In this document: one piece after another, positions 51,650 through 64,000 of the stretch
Layout: every line of letters starts with the position of its first letter
How positions within the stretch are numbered: the first letter of the stretch is position 1
NCBI GenBank assembly: GCA_016748015.1
Contig: JAAOMT010000135.1
Location: forward strand, 929,085-993,084
Direction: 5' to 3'
Source: Geosiphon pyriformis uo1
Taxonomy: Eukaryota > Fungi > Glomeromycota
Length of the DNA stretch: 64,000 nt
Notes under the pieces: model-generated
The model's database searches: none
What the model saw: only the letters and a program-made list of their open reading frames with translations
What the model was told of the DNA's origin: nothing
Program-made: the position numbers and the translations under genes

Positions 51650-53480
51650 ATGGACAACGAGGGAAGGTCTTGCGTTTATGGTTTACGAGGACAGGTAGAT
51701 CTAAAAGTGATAGAGTTTTGAAAAAAATACTCTAACTTTAAGAATTTTTAACAAGTCTAGACGAGATGTTTAGCAGCGATCACCGCGGACAACGAACATA
51801 ATACTTTTCTTGTTGGAACCCAGAGTCTCTTAGGGAAAAATGAAGTATATGTCACTAACTGGAACTGATACTGACGTTAATATTACTAGATTTATTATTA
51901 AAACCTTTATCTTGATAGTTAGGTACATATGCTCGACTTCAATGAAGAAGATTTTGAAATATCAAGCACAGTTTTTCCTCACAATGGAGAAATTTGGGAC
52001 CTTTCACCTTGTCCCAAAAAACTCGACGTTTTCTTTACTTGCTATAAAACATGTGAGTGATATTGGAATTCCTGATCCCAATCTACATGACCCTACTCAC
52101 ATATTCCCAATTAATTGATCAATTTCCATTTTCCAAAGTTACAAAGAATAATCTTGAATCCAAAGCAAGCCTTTGGCGAACAGGTACAGCTGAACCTGTG
52201 GTTGATATAAAGGAAAGTCTAGAAGAGCCGCCAATTCTTGGGAAACAAGTCACGCCCCTTCCCCGATTGGAAAAACTTTTTGATCTTGAGATGAATGGAG
52301 ATATCAATAAGTAGGCTCAATCTATCCTTAACATAAACTTGAATTATTATTATTTTACCCCAATTTCATCGAATCTTGTAAGAAAAGGGTTCTGTGGGAT
52401 CCAAGATTGGACATGGGGAAAATCGTTTCCATAAATGAAACTGCCATCCATGTTTGGTTATTGAATGATCAAATGGGTTCCGCACAGGTGTTTTTGATAT
52501 AATGTTTTGGCTGCTTCCCTTAAACAGTATTTTTATTTTGTTCTATTCCCTTTTAGCTGTCAAATTCTATTAAGCTATCTCTTGCGGGTGAAAATCGATT
52601 GCCGTTAACAACCGGTACATGGAATCCTCATGCTCCTGAGATTGCTGTAGGACAACTAGATTCTGTGCAAGGCTGGGATCTTCGATCACGAAGGTATAAA
52701 TTTTCATCAATTATAAATTGAGATTATTTGGTATAAAGTCCCAATTGTAACGCAATTTCTTTTAGCCAAACATTCAATATCCCAAAAGCTCATTCAATCC
52801 TTGTTCGAGCCTTAGATTTCAATCCCAACAAGACCTATCAAATTGCATCTGGTGGTGATGATTGTAAAGTTAAATTTTGGGATCTTCGGAATCCCACTAA
52901 TGCGATCAAGGAGATTTCTGAACACAGCCACTGGTTTGTTTTTCTTAAATTATACAATCTCATTCTAATTTTTTTTCGATAAGGCGTCTGGTTTGAAATT
53001 ATTTCAACTTTTGAAGTTATTAGAAACTTTTGCTCATAATTTAAATATATCTAGGGTATGGTCCGTTGCCTATAACAGGTTTCATGATCAATTATTCCTT
53101 AGTGCCGGGTCTGATTGCCAAGTTAATCTTCATAGCATAGTATCATTCTCCTCAGCGGCTTATAACTTTATCGATAAAGAAGATTCAATTAAACATGAGA
53201 GTGATGAGGATGATGAGGGTGATGACAATGAACGTGAAAAAACTCCGTAAGTTTTGCTAGGTTTATTTCATTGCTTTATCTCAAGATGCTAATTTAAAAA
53301 CACCATCTTCAAAGAAAGCCTACAGACGGTTTGGTCAGAACATACGATCAACACGAAGAGAGTGTCTATGGAGTGGCCTGGAGTCCATATGATGCATGGG
53401 TATTTTGTTCATTATCTTATGATGGACGGGCTGTTGTCAATCGGGTCCCAAGAGAAGAAAAATATAAAATTCTTCTTTGA
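51650..53480 (+). CDS. EIPR1: EARP/GARP-interacting WD40 protein (EIPR1/TSSC1), multi-exon
   Basis: [19 protein letters not shown]...FLVGTQSLR; LDFNPNK...SGGDD; [16 protein letters not shown]; [11 protein letters not shown]; C-terminus EEKYKILL*. Confidence 0.9.
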
Positions 53481-54219
53481 TTCTGACTATTCCATAGAAT
53501 GAGAATAAGAATATTATTAAATTTAAATATCCAGATATAAAAGTGATTCCCAATGCGATGATAAAGAGATTTTTCATATGATGCTTTTGCTCATCGGCTC
53601 GCAGACTCACCTTAACTTATTGAAATGAAGACACCAATTATGCTTTTGATTTTTTGAAACATGTAACACGATCAAAGTCATTTCAGGTTGTATAATAATA
53701 ATAATGACAACAAGCACGACTTTCCCCGGTTCATGCTCTAAAGATGCCATTCGTGCAGGTTCTCTAAGCATTGTAGCACATTCAATCACTGTACGGCAGA
53801 AATCAATTTGGCTTTGCAACCAAAATTAGAAATGCTTGTCTAGCATGTCACACTTTTCTCGATAATTAAAGAAATCTCCAGGATAGGATTGGTTCAAGTG
53901 AAAACTAATTTGTTGATGCAACACACATTTACTCTTTATGGATCGCTTGTGCAATCGCAACATCCATATTCTAGCAACCAAACACAAATGATGCCCACTA
54001 CCCTTAGAGCGCAAACTTCTTGCACACCGTTCAAAAAATTTTCCTCACCTTTTGGCAGAAATTAAAGTGGCAGTCATTTGTTGTTGTGTGTCTTCTCGCC
54101 AACTCTATACACTCTTTCAAAAGAATAGGTATAAGTCTTAATAAACTAATAGTTTTTTCCACGCTTCTTTGTTTCCTTCTACCGCTACACCTAATCACAC
54201 AATCACACTATTCTTCATA

Positions 54220-56517
54220 ATGTCTGGTATGTCATAAACCTTTAACTTTCGAGTCACTTTTCTTTATTCTACCTTAAGAATCTCGCAAACCCATAAAGCA
54301 AAAGATATATTTTACCTCTTTATTTTGGGGTCTTTCTTGCCAAGTGTTCTGAATCGTATCAGACCGTCCATCATCTGAATTCACTTGTATATTCACGCTC
54401 AACCCAGTTGAAGCTATTGTTGAGTTATCATCACTTGCATTCATGATGTTTGGGTTATCGAGAATTTCCTAAAGCTTGAGCAATACTTAAACGTGAGCAA
54501 AATTAATAATGATTTGAAACAATCACATTAATACACTTTGTTTCTTTCCTTTCTTCGCTATAGATAATTCTGCGAGTGCCCACTCGGGTGGCAAAGTAAG
54601 CTTCTTAATTTTAAGCTTCGAACTTATTACATAATATATTGAGCTTAGAGCATCAATTGACTTTATTATTTGAAAGAAATTTATTACAATCCTATATTTA
54701 TGTTGAAAAATATTTCATAGTACTCCATTATGTTAAGGTGTTTTTGAAAGGAAAATCTAAATTTGATTTTCAATTTTAGTTAGCAGCGGCTATAAATGGT
54801 GTTATTCGAAAGAAACTGCAGGGCTACGTCGGCTTTGCCAATCTTCCGAATCAGGTGCATAGGAAATCCGTAAAAAAAGGATTTCATTTTACGGTGATGA
54901 TTGTTGGTATGTTTACATGTACATCTTGGCGACTCTACAAAATAATTCCTTTGTTTAATCATCGATTTTTTATCCTTCAATTCCATCACTCTAGGTGAGT
55001 CTGGTTTAGGAAAATCTACTCTTGTCAACACTCTATTCGGCACCACATTATATCCACACAAAGCAAATGCAGAACCAACAGATGAGTCACCAAAGACAGT
55101 AGAAATTCAATCTTTGAGTGCAGGTACAAGATCCTAATTTGCATATTTATTTATTCATTTATTAATTACAACTTTGGCTCACTCAAAAATTTGAATTTAT
55201 TAGATATCGAAGAAAATGGCGTTAAACTGAGACTTACTGTCGTCGATACTCCAGGATTCGGTGATTTTGTTAATAATGAAGAAAGGTATTTCTATCTTAA
55301 AGCATTCATTTGAAAATTTGTTGATCCTAAATCAACGGCACTCTCTAATAGTTTTGTTTGTTCTATTAGTTGGAAACCTATACTTGAAAATATTGAAGCA
55401 CGTTTTGATGCATACCTCGAGCAAGAAAATCGTGTAAATCGTCGTAAGATGGTCGACAATCGCGTCCATGCATGCATTTACTTTATTGCCCCTACCGGCC
55501 ATTCGTATGTATATTGAAGATTTTGTTTCCAGATTTTTTCTCGAATATAAATATTAATTCCTCCCTATTAATACAATATAGACTCAAACCTTTGGATGTT
55601 GAGTTTATGCGACGATTACACACCAAAGTTAATCTCATTCCAGTCATTGCCAAATCCGACACATTGACTGAAGACGAAATTATCCAATTCAAACAACGTA
55701 TATTGGATGATATCGCTTTCCATAAAATTCAAATCTACCAGGCTCCTCAATATGAATACGATGATTCAGAAACTGTAGCTGAGAATCGGGAAATAATAGT
55801 AAGTAAACCGGATACCATGTGTTTTTCTCTATATTGCAATCCTAAAAACCTGATAAATTTTCCCAATTCAAATTAGAGCAAAATTCCATTTGCAATTGTT
55901 GGTAGCGACAAGGAAGTTGAACTTCCTGATGGCCGTAAAGTTCGAGGTCGTAAATATCCATGGGGTGTGATTGAAGTCGATAATCAAGATCACAATGATT
56001 TCGTTAAACTTCGACAAATGCTCATTAGGTCAGGATCTAGTTTTATCATTTTTTCTTTAAGATTGGTGGCATGAAAACAAATTTTAATTTATTCATCCAA
56101 GTTAACCAATTAATTCAAAATGCTAGAACTCACATGGAAGAACTCAAAGAATACACCAGTGACGTTTTATACGAGAACTATCGTTCCGAGAAACTAGTCT
56201 CTTTGGGAGTACAACAGGACCAAACTGTCTTCAAAGAAGTAAATCCACTTGCTAAGATGGAGGAAGAACGTCAACTTCATGAGGCCAAGCTACAAAAGAT
56301 GGAAGCGGAAATGAAGATGGTATTCCAACAAAAAGTCCAGGAAAAAGAAGCCAAACTGAAACAATCGGAAGAAGAACTATACGCACGCCACAAGGAAATG
56401 AAAGATGCCCTAGAGAAACAACGAATGGAATTAGAGGAAAAGAAGAGAAGATTGGAATCTGGGAGACCGATTACTCCAGAAAAAGCAAAGAAGAAAGGGT
56501 TGTTTAATAGCAAATGA
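54220..56517 (+). CDS. CDC3: Septin, Cdc3/AspB group, multi-exon with a 7-nt first coding exon
   Basis: [36 protein letters not shown] and GRKYPWG motifs; coiled coil [18 protein letters not shown]. Confidence 0.9.
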
Positions 56518-56906
56518 TTTATTAAATATTTAGAGATAGAATTCAATTTGAGTCATTATTTTTATTTTGGACGACTTTTTGGGTGAGTGTGGGTTATCTT
56601 ATTATACAGTTCGGGGTTTTTTTGGGGGGAGGGACTTCAAAAGTTATACAGCAAAAAATATTTTCACCACTCATCAATCAGTCTTTCAAAAGAATATTTT
56701 ACATATAACGCCGGTAGTTTTTTTTTTAGATTTCTTAATACTTTTTGAGATGTAATTTTTATTTATTACCTTTACACTACTATTTAACTACTATTACTAC
56801 ATTACTTTGACTACTTTATATCTCGCCTTGTGGGGTTTCACTATCATTACGAACATTAAACGTGATGCGTCAAATTTGGCGGAATTCTATATATAATACA
56901 CTATTT

Positions 56907-57284
56907 TCAAATTCCCGCTTTTGTTACGATTCTTATTTGAGGTATCTCAAATTCCACAATTACAATACTGTATTCTCCCACCTTTCCAAATATATATCTT
57001 ATTATTTCAGCAATTTTGGTGATAATTAGTCTTGTGATGCAAAGGCTTATTGAGATGGATTTGAAAACCTGTTTCGATTTGTCCCAAAAAGCTCCAGCCA
57101 AATATAGTTTTATTCGATTGGTTGCGGATAAAATTTGATGTATAAAACCGTTATTGTTTATATGTTTCAAAACTACAATGGTAATGTGAGAAGTAATTTT
57201 CTTGGGTGAAGAGCTTTTTTGGTTTTCAATATTCATATCTAGCGCTACGACTGTAATGAATAAAAAATTACAAGAATTCATCAT
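56907..57284 (-). CDS. Possible small hypothetical protein
   Basis: 125-aa ATG ORF in gene-like base composition, convergent with the septin; no recognisable motif. Confidence 0.25.
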   Translation of the reverse strand: MMNSCNFLFITVVALDMNIENQKSSSPKKITSHITIVVLKHINNNGFIHQILSATNRIKLYLAGAFWDKSKQVFKSISISLCITRLIITKIAEIIRYIFGKVGEYSIVIVEFEIPQIRIVTKAGI

Positions 57285-59765
57285 TTTCTAAAAATAGATA
57301 TGAATTTCTAGAAGATTTACTTAAAAAGACGTCATTATTTAAGATCCTTATTTTGAAAATAGATAATTAAAAGGAGCAGTTTAATAGTGAAATTAACAGT
57401 TTAGTGAGTATTTAAGATCTGTATTTTATTATTAATTTAATCGTTAAAGGGGGAATTTATAATTTTTGCGCTTTAAACGTACAACTGAAGAATGGATTAT
57501 ATTTTGAAAAAGATGCTATTTTCTGAGACAAGCTTCAAGAGCTAATCTTTTTATTATAAATAAACCAATAATATATTCCCAATTCTCTTAAAAAAAGCTC
57601 TTTAAACGCCAAAAGCGTGGAAAATTTATTCATTAAACTGTATGTTGAAAGAAAAGGGATTTTTGCAAGATGAGGGTAAGTAGAAATCCAAGCTACTCGT
57701 TAAATTCTAAATTGAAGCCAAGACTGAAAGTAATGTATAAATGATAAAGGAAATTTTTATTTTAAATGATTTACAAAATATCTTAAAATCTGCGAATTAA
57801 ATATTATTAAACTTAATGGGAAATTTTCATTAAAAATCATACATAAAAATTAATTTAAAATTTAAAAATTGAATTTATGTTGTTGTTGATTTTTTCATAA
57901 ACCAATAAAAACAAAATTAACTATTTATCTTAATAAAATTATGACCAAAATAAAATTCATATTATATATTTGTTTGCAAACAAAAAGTGTATTTTTGATA
58001 AAATTTATATTAATTAATTTTTATATTTTTTATAACTTGTAATGATTGTAATTTTAAAAACAATTATAATAATTAGTAATTTATTTAATTAAATATTGTT
58101 AAACCGAATTTTAAGTTTAAAAATAAATAATTATAATATTATAATATTTGTTATTATTAAAATTCTTAATTAATATTATACTTTTTTCTTTTTTATCATA
58201 TTTTAATTTATTAATAATTATATTTTTTTATTAATTAAAATTATGTTTAAAAATGTTGAAACTTTTTATTTGTAATAATTGCTAAAAGTAATACTAAAAG
58301 TTTTTTAACAATTTAAAATTTTATATTTTAATTCAAATTTGTATTTATTATTAATAGAATATTAATTAAATTATAAATATATATTTTTTAACTTTAAAAA
58401 AAAATTATTCAAAATGTTATATTAAAAAATATGTGACAAATAATTTGATTAAAAAATTTAAAATATATTTAAAAACAAAATATAAAAAAAATTTTTTTAA
58501 ATAACATATTTGTAATTACTTTAATTTAAATTTTTAGGCTTTATTACAAAATCAATTTTTTGATAATAATATTTAAAGTTTTAATTTAAATTACAATCAA
58601 TTTTATGAGTTTTTGTATAAGTTTTTTTGTAATTTTATTAATAAATTTTTTTAAAAAAAATTAAATTAAACTTTTATTTATTATTTTAGAGTTTTTTTTT
58701 AAATATTTAGTTAATAAATAACAATTTTATTTAAATAATATATAAATAATAATTAATTGTTTACAAATAGTATTTATTTATTTAATTTTTTAATTATTGT
58801 TATATTATTAAATATTAAATATTAAATATGTTTTTTAATATTAAAACTATATATATAATTTTATAAAATAATATATTGTAATATATTTTTTTGTTATTTT
58901 AAAATAATAATTACATTATAAACTAATAATTATTAATATATAAAACTTTTTTATTTTTTATTTTTACTTTGTTAACTACATAATTAATTAAACTAATTAT
59001 TTATAAGTTTGCTGATTTTTTAATTAATTAAACAAATATATTATATAAATAGTTATATTTTTATTATATTTGTTTATTAATTTTTTTATAAAATAATAAT
59101 AAATACAAATTTACAAAATTTGCCAAAATTAAAATTATTTAATAATAAATCATAAATACAAAAATTAATAAAAAAACCAATTATATTTTAAAAACAATAA
59201 TTATATATATATATATAACTTTTTCTTTTATATATACAAAATTTTACAAAAAAAAAAGTTTTTAAAAGAAATTTTAGTTTTTTAGTTTTTAAGATTTTAT
59301 AAATATTAAATTATTTAATTAAAAACTAATAACTATTATTATTATTAATATAATTAAAAAGAAATTACAAAAAATATTGTATATAGTTTTATTAAAAATA
59401 AATAAAAATATAAAAAATTTCGAAATAAATAGTTTTTTTTTATCTTTAAATAATAAAATAATTATTTTCGATATGTTTAATAATATAAAAACTGATTCTA
59501 AATATGTATTAAAAAACTTTTTATAAAATATTTTTATAATAATAATAAAATAATTAATTAAAAAAGTAAATTTAAATTTTGCAAATATTAAGATTATTAA
59601 AATTAAATGCAATATAAATAAATATTTGTTTTTAAATTATTGTATAGCTATACTTATTAAATTAGTAAATTTTAACTTAAATTTTACTAAATTTTATAAG
59701 ATAAAAATTAATATATATATTTAATATAAATTAATATAATATTAATAAGCCCAAATAATAATTAC

Positions 59766-62700
59766 AAAAAACTTCTTTCTCTCCTTTGTCCCAAATTCCT
59801 GAAAAAGAGTCAAATTTTGAAAAAAGTTTTTTCTGTTTTTGCATACTGTCTTCCACTATTTCACAAGAATCAAACAAAAACTTGTAAAAACTCTTTGTCT
59901 CCTTAATTTTATGACCATGACCAGAGCTAAGAGTAAAAAAGCTGCACCTGATATCTGTTCTAGGATATCTAATAAAATTTCAACCAGAAGAGCTCTTTCT
60001 GTTGTAGAAGCAACTAAGCAAAACGTTTTAGAAGCCTTCTTCTTACTTAGTAATTGTGAAAAGCTGCTTTTGGTAGCCACTGAATCAACTTCCCCATCTT
60101 TGGCTGGTTTTTCACCAGTCAAAGTTCCTTCAAAGAGACATACTTGGGTTAGTCCCAGTGTTGCCTCCACCCCAACTAAGAGCCCAAAAGTTTTTAATAA
60201 TAGACCAGTAAATAAGCTGGTCTTCCTTTCTATAGACTTAACACCTGGTGCTTCTGGCACCATCTCTTCAAAAAAAATGGTCAAAAAGACCAAAAGTTCA
60301 GAAAAGTGGGAGCAGTCGCTTGCCTCTGCTATTGTCACACTGAACTCTTTTGTGGTTCCCAATAAGATCCTAGATGAGATCTCAGTAGCATCATCTGGCA
60401 CGTCATCTAAGATGGGCCAAGATCAACTACTGGCTGTGTTGCAAAATGTGGTGTTTTCCAATAGATCATTGCCGGTTTTAGAAGCAAAACAATCTCCTCC
60501 TGTTGGGTCACCTGTTCTTGAGAACTGGGCTGATCAAATGGAAACTGACTTATCTCCTTCTCTAGTTTCTGGTGCTACTTTTGGTGATGCTTGGGAAACT
60601 ATTACTAGTCATCAAAGGTTTGCTGGGTGGGTGGCCTCCACTCTGGTGCCTGGTGCTACTTTCAAGACCAAATTGGCTCATGTTAAGACTGTTTTTCAGT
60701 CTGTGCATGGTTTCTTGGGTGCCAAATCTGTTTCAAAAGACAATGTGAAGCTTTTCTGTATGGAGTTTGCTTCTCAACAGTCTTTGGAAGCTGTGTTTCT
60801 GGTTGAGCTTACAAGCTCTGTTCGTTTGGCCACTCTTAAAATTGCCAAGTCTTTGGTGGTTTCTGAATTTGGTTCTTCTTCTGCTGCTGTTGTGCTGCAT
60901 GATATACCTTTGGGTGTGTCTGCTGCTGACATTAAGTTGGCTCTTAGTGTGTTTGGTAGTGTCACTCGTGTTATGCTGAAGCCTGCTGGCATTTGGCAGT
61001 ATGTGGTGGTTTATTTTGAAAAGTTGGACTCTGCTGTGTCTGCCTTGAAGCATTGGTTAGTCTTGGTGGACAAGGATAGTGTTAGAATTCTCCCTCTGAT
61101 AAATCAAAATGAGACTATTTTGTTTCGTGATAAGTTTAAGACCAAATTGGTCAACCTTCCCCCTGGTTGTACTGCCTTTGAAATCAGTGATATGATTTCT
61201 CAGATTGATGGTCGTACATGTTTTATCCCTCGTTTTCCTGATTCTGGTCATTGTTCCCAGTTCGCTTTGGTTACATTTGGCTCTCAAGGTGATTTAAATT
61301 CTGCTGTAGTCAAGACTAGTACTCTAAGGAAATGCCGTATCTGGTGGGAAACTCCTGGCTGTCGGCACTGCTTTAGGTGTTAAGAAATAGGCTATCTGGC
61401 CATAGATTGCAAAATTTCCCCACCCCCCACTCCCAAGGTTCCCAAGATTTTCAAGTCTCGTTTTGTGGGTTCTGCTTCATATGCCAAGACTGCTGCTCCT
61501 TCTGGTCTTTCTGAGTTTCCTCCTTTGGTGGCTCCTTTGGCTGCTTCTGTTGTTGATCCTGCTGTTGGTTCTAGATTGGACTCTTTGGAAAAGCAGATTT
61601 TGGATTTGGCTGTTCTGGTTAAGTCTATTGTTGAGCCTGTTAGTTTTTTGGTTGCTTTGGTGTCTCGTCTTCTTGATGATAATGCTGCTAAGGCTGTTCA
61701 AGTCAAGAAGGATCTCATTTCTATGAAAAATGCTGCTAACAATTTTTCTAATCTCTTGGTTGGGGTCTCCAAGGACATTGCTTGTCTTAGATCTGAGGTT
61801 GACTTTGGTGATATAGATTATAATAGTATGCTGGCTGTTAAGCCTTCCTTTTTAAGTGAGGACACTATTAAGCGTGTTATTGCTTTGTGGTGTATGTCTG
61901 GTACTGAAACCAGAGGCAATATTGAGTCTACTAGATTGTTTCTTAGTGAGTTTATTTTTGACTCTAGGAATCTGAATGGTGTCATTGAGAAAATTCGTGG
62001 GTTGGGATTATTTCCACCTACTTTTGATTCAGCATAGTGAGTCCTTGATTGGGCCGAGTGTCTGATCACATGTAGAAAACGCATGATTTACGCCTATAAT
62101 GTAATTCCTTCTGTGGTATCATAGTTTAGGTGATATTTGGGTCTCGCTCGTTAAAATATAAAAAAAAAAAAAATCAAACCCTTTTTTTGTTAGACCAACT
62201 GCCACTATGAGTGGTCTTAGTGCTAAGAAAAGATCTGCCAGAGTCTCAACCATTGGTTCAGTTGGTGGTGGCTTAACTCAAAAAGTCAAGAAGCCTCTCA
62301 GTGGTGTTAAACTATCAAGTGCGGATAAAAATCTCAAAGATAGTGGGCTTATTAGTGTGGACAAGCAACTTACTAACATGAATACAGATAGAGAAGTCTC
62401 TGATAGTAAAACCACTTTTGACTCCCAAGTAAATACACCCAATGCAAAGCATTTCAATACTGGTGCGGCTATCAGTTCCCTTCTTGGCTCTATTAATTAT
62501 GACATGGATAATGAGGAGAAGGTTTTTCTTCCTCCCTATTTGTCTTTCTCTTTGGAAAAGGTGTGGGTGGACCCCAAAATTGTTAAAACTTAAGTGGAAG
62601 TAGCTGTGAAGAAATCTTTTGCTTTGAACATTAATCTTTTGGCTGTAGAAGGGAAATCAGCAATGGTTAAAACTCAGGTCATAAAAAACTTATTTTCAGG

Positions 62701-64000
62701 TATCAATGGTTTTGGGGGGGCCACTACCTCCTCAAAATTTGAAGGGATCATTAGATCAATATTTACTTCATCAAAAAGCATGGAAAAGGCTGCATCATTG
62801 GCCAGAGATAATAATATTATTGTGAACAGTGATCTTAAGAAACAAGGAATTCACTCAGATTGGGCCATAGTAATTAAGAAAATTCCCATGGATATGCCAA
62901 AGGAAATGATCATCGCCGCAGTATCTAAGTTTGAAAAAATTGAGTTGATCAAAATCCTGATTGGTTTATGGCAAAAGGCTGTGGTGGAATTCGCCGAACT
63001 GGAACAGACTGTGTTTTTGGCTGCTAGGTAGTCCTTTCTGATTGGTAAAGACTTGATTTGTGTGGCTATGGTGGTGGGCGATTGTGAAACTTGGGCATTT
63101 AGGGATCAGTTCAGGGCGCTTTTATTTACTTTGCCAATAGGAATTACTGCTCATGATCTTGGAGATCTTTTTGAAAGAGCTGGTGGAAAAACTTGTGTCA
63201 TAAATCGGTCATTAGAGACTGGTAATAGGGTCTGCTGTGCTGTTGTTTGTTTTGATTCTGATGAAGTTTTGGAGTCAGCTTTTTGCATGGAGCCAATCTT
63301 TGGTGGTATGAAACTCTCATGGGCTAGGCTGGATTTGGTTCGCTGTGAATAGTGTGGGAAGTTCGGTCATTTTGCCTTGGAATGTGATGCTGAGGTTGCA
63401 TCAGCCCTCAAATCTTCAAAGTTTTTTATAAGGCCTGCCAACCCAAAAAATTGTCTCCAGCTGGCCAAATTGTATGCGAAAAAAAATATACCAATCTCTT
63501 GTCCTGTTGCCTTTGGTGGCAAATCTTGGGCTCAAATAGTTTCAGTTGTTTCGGTTTCTTGTGGTTTTTATGCTGGTTCTGGTTCTGGTTTCTCACCTTC
63601 CGGTGCTTTGAGTTTAGGTGGGACATTTCCCTCTCTACCTGTGGTTGATTCTTCTTTGAGTGCTCACTTGGCACTTCTGGAACGCTCTGTGGAGCTTTTG
63701 TCTGAGCAGATTTCGGACATTCTTTCTTGTCTTGACAATGTTGGTTCAGTACCCTTGGTGCCTTCCTCTCAAATGGCTTCTTCTGTGGTTGTTTCTTAGT
63801 CCCCAACCTCTGCTCTTTTTGTGATTGCAAACTCCGACTTAGATTTTAACATGACAGTTGATGATTCTGGTGTCTGGCCTACTTCTTTTTCTCCAGGTGT
63901 TGCCAATTTGCTCTTGGGTCTGAGTAGCTCCAAAGTTCTAACTTCCAAAGTTGGTGGTCTGAAATTGAAGTTGGTTGTCCTCAATATCTCTGTTGGTTCA
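59766..64000 (+). mobile_element. LINE of the same family as 39950-46727, running off the window end; 5' UTR interrupted
   Basis: 59766-59875 plus 62180-62206 reconstitute the 5' UTR seen at 39950-40086. ORF1 from 62207 (MSGLSAKKRSARV) is homologous to the ORF1 at 40087. Confidence 0.9.
59876..62171 (+). mobile_element. ORF1-only non-autonomous retroelement (HAL1-like)
   Basis: TSD AATCAAAC (59868-59875 and 62172-62179). Single frame 59911-62037 with one TAA inside the knuckle CFRC*EIGYLAIDC. 3' UTR homologous to the LINE tail; poly(A). Confidence 0.85.

Noticed and set aside
59839-59910. N-terminal extension of the 514-aa ORF in the track
   Set aside because: It starts at a non-ATG codon in the host LINE 5' UTR and crosses the TSD; the likely start is ATG 59911 or 59917.

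Overview
AT-rich, intron-rich fungal genomic DNA. The TE proteins resemble those of Glomeromycotina such as Geosiphon; this is from recall, not a search. There are four host genes: SEC7-type ARF-GEF (+, 25901-33616), UTP4 (-, 48282-51529), EIPR1/TSSC1 (+, 51650-53480) and a CDC3-type septin (+, 54220-56517). They sit among nested transposons decayed by C>T/G>A transitions. Main finding: an endogenised (+)ssRNA mycovirus fragment (Hypoviridae/Fusariviridae-like) lies between the LTRs of a Ty3/Gypsy element (element A, 6351-21584, 4-bp TSD ATAT). It runs from RdRp motif C through a DExH helicase and replaces U5, PBS, gag and pol, a layout expected from RT template switching. The viral frame was later split by a full-length dUTPase-bearing Gypsy element (B, 9085-20577), which itself carries two solo LTRs. 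Also present: a full-length RNase H-containing LINE inside an older antisense LINE, an ORF1-only (HAL1-like) element sharing the LINE 3' tail, a small hAT-like deletion derivative, and an unexplained CpG-rich repeat island at about 2.0-4.0 kb. Motif and family assignments come from manual translation and need database confirmation.
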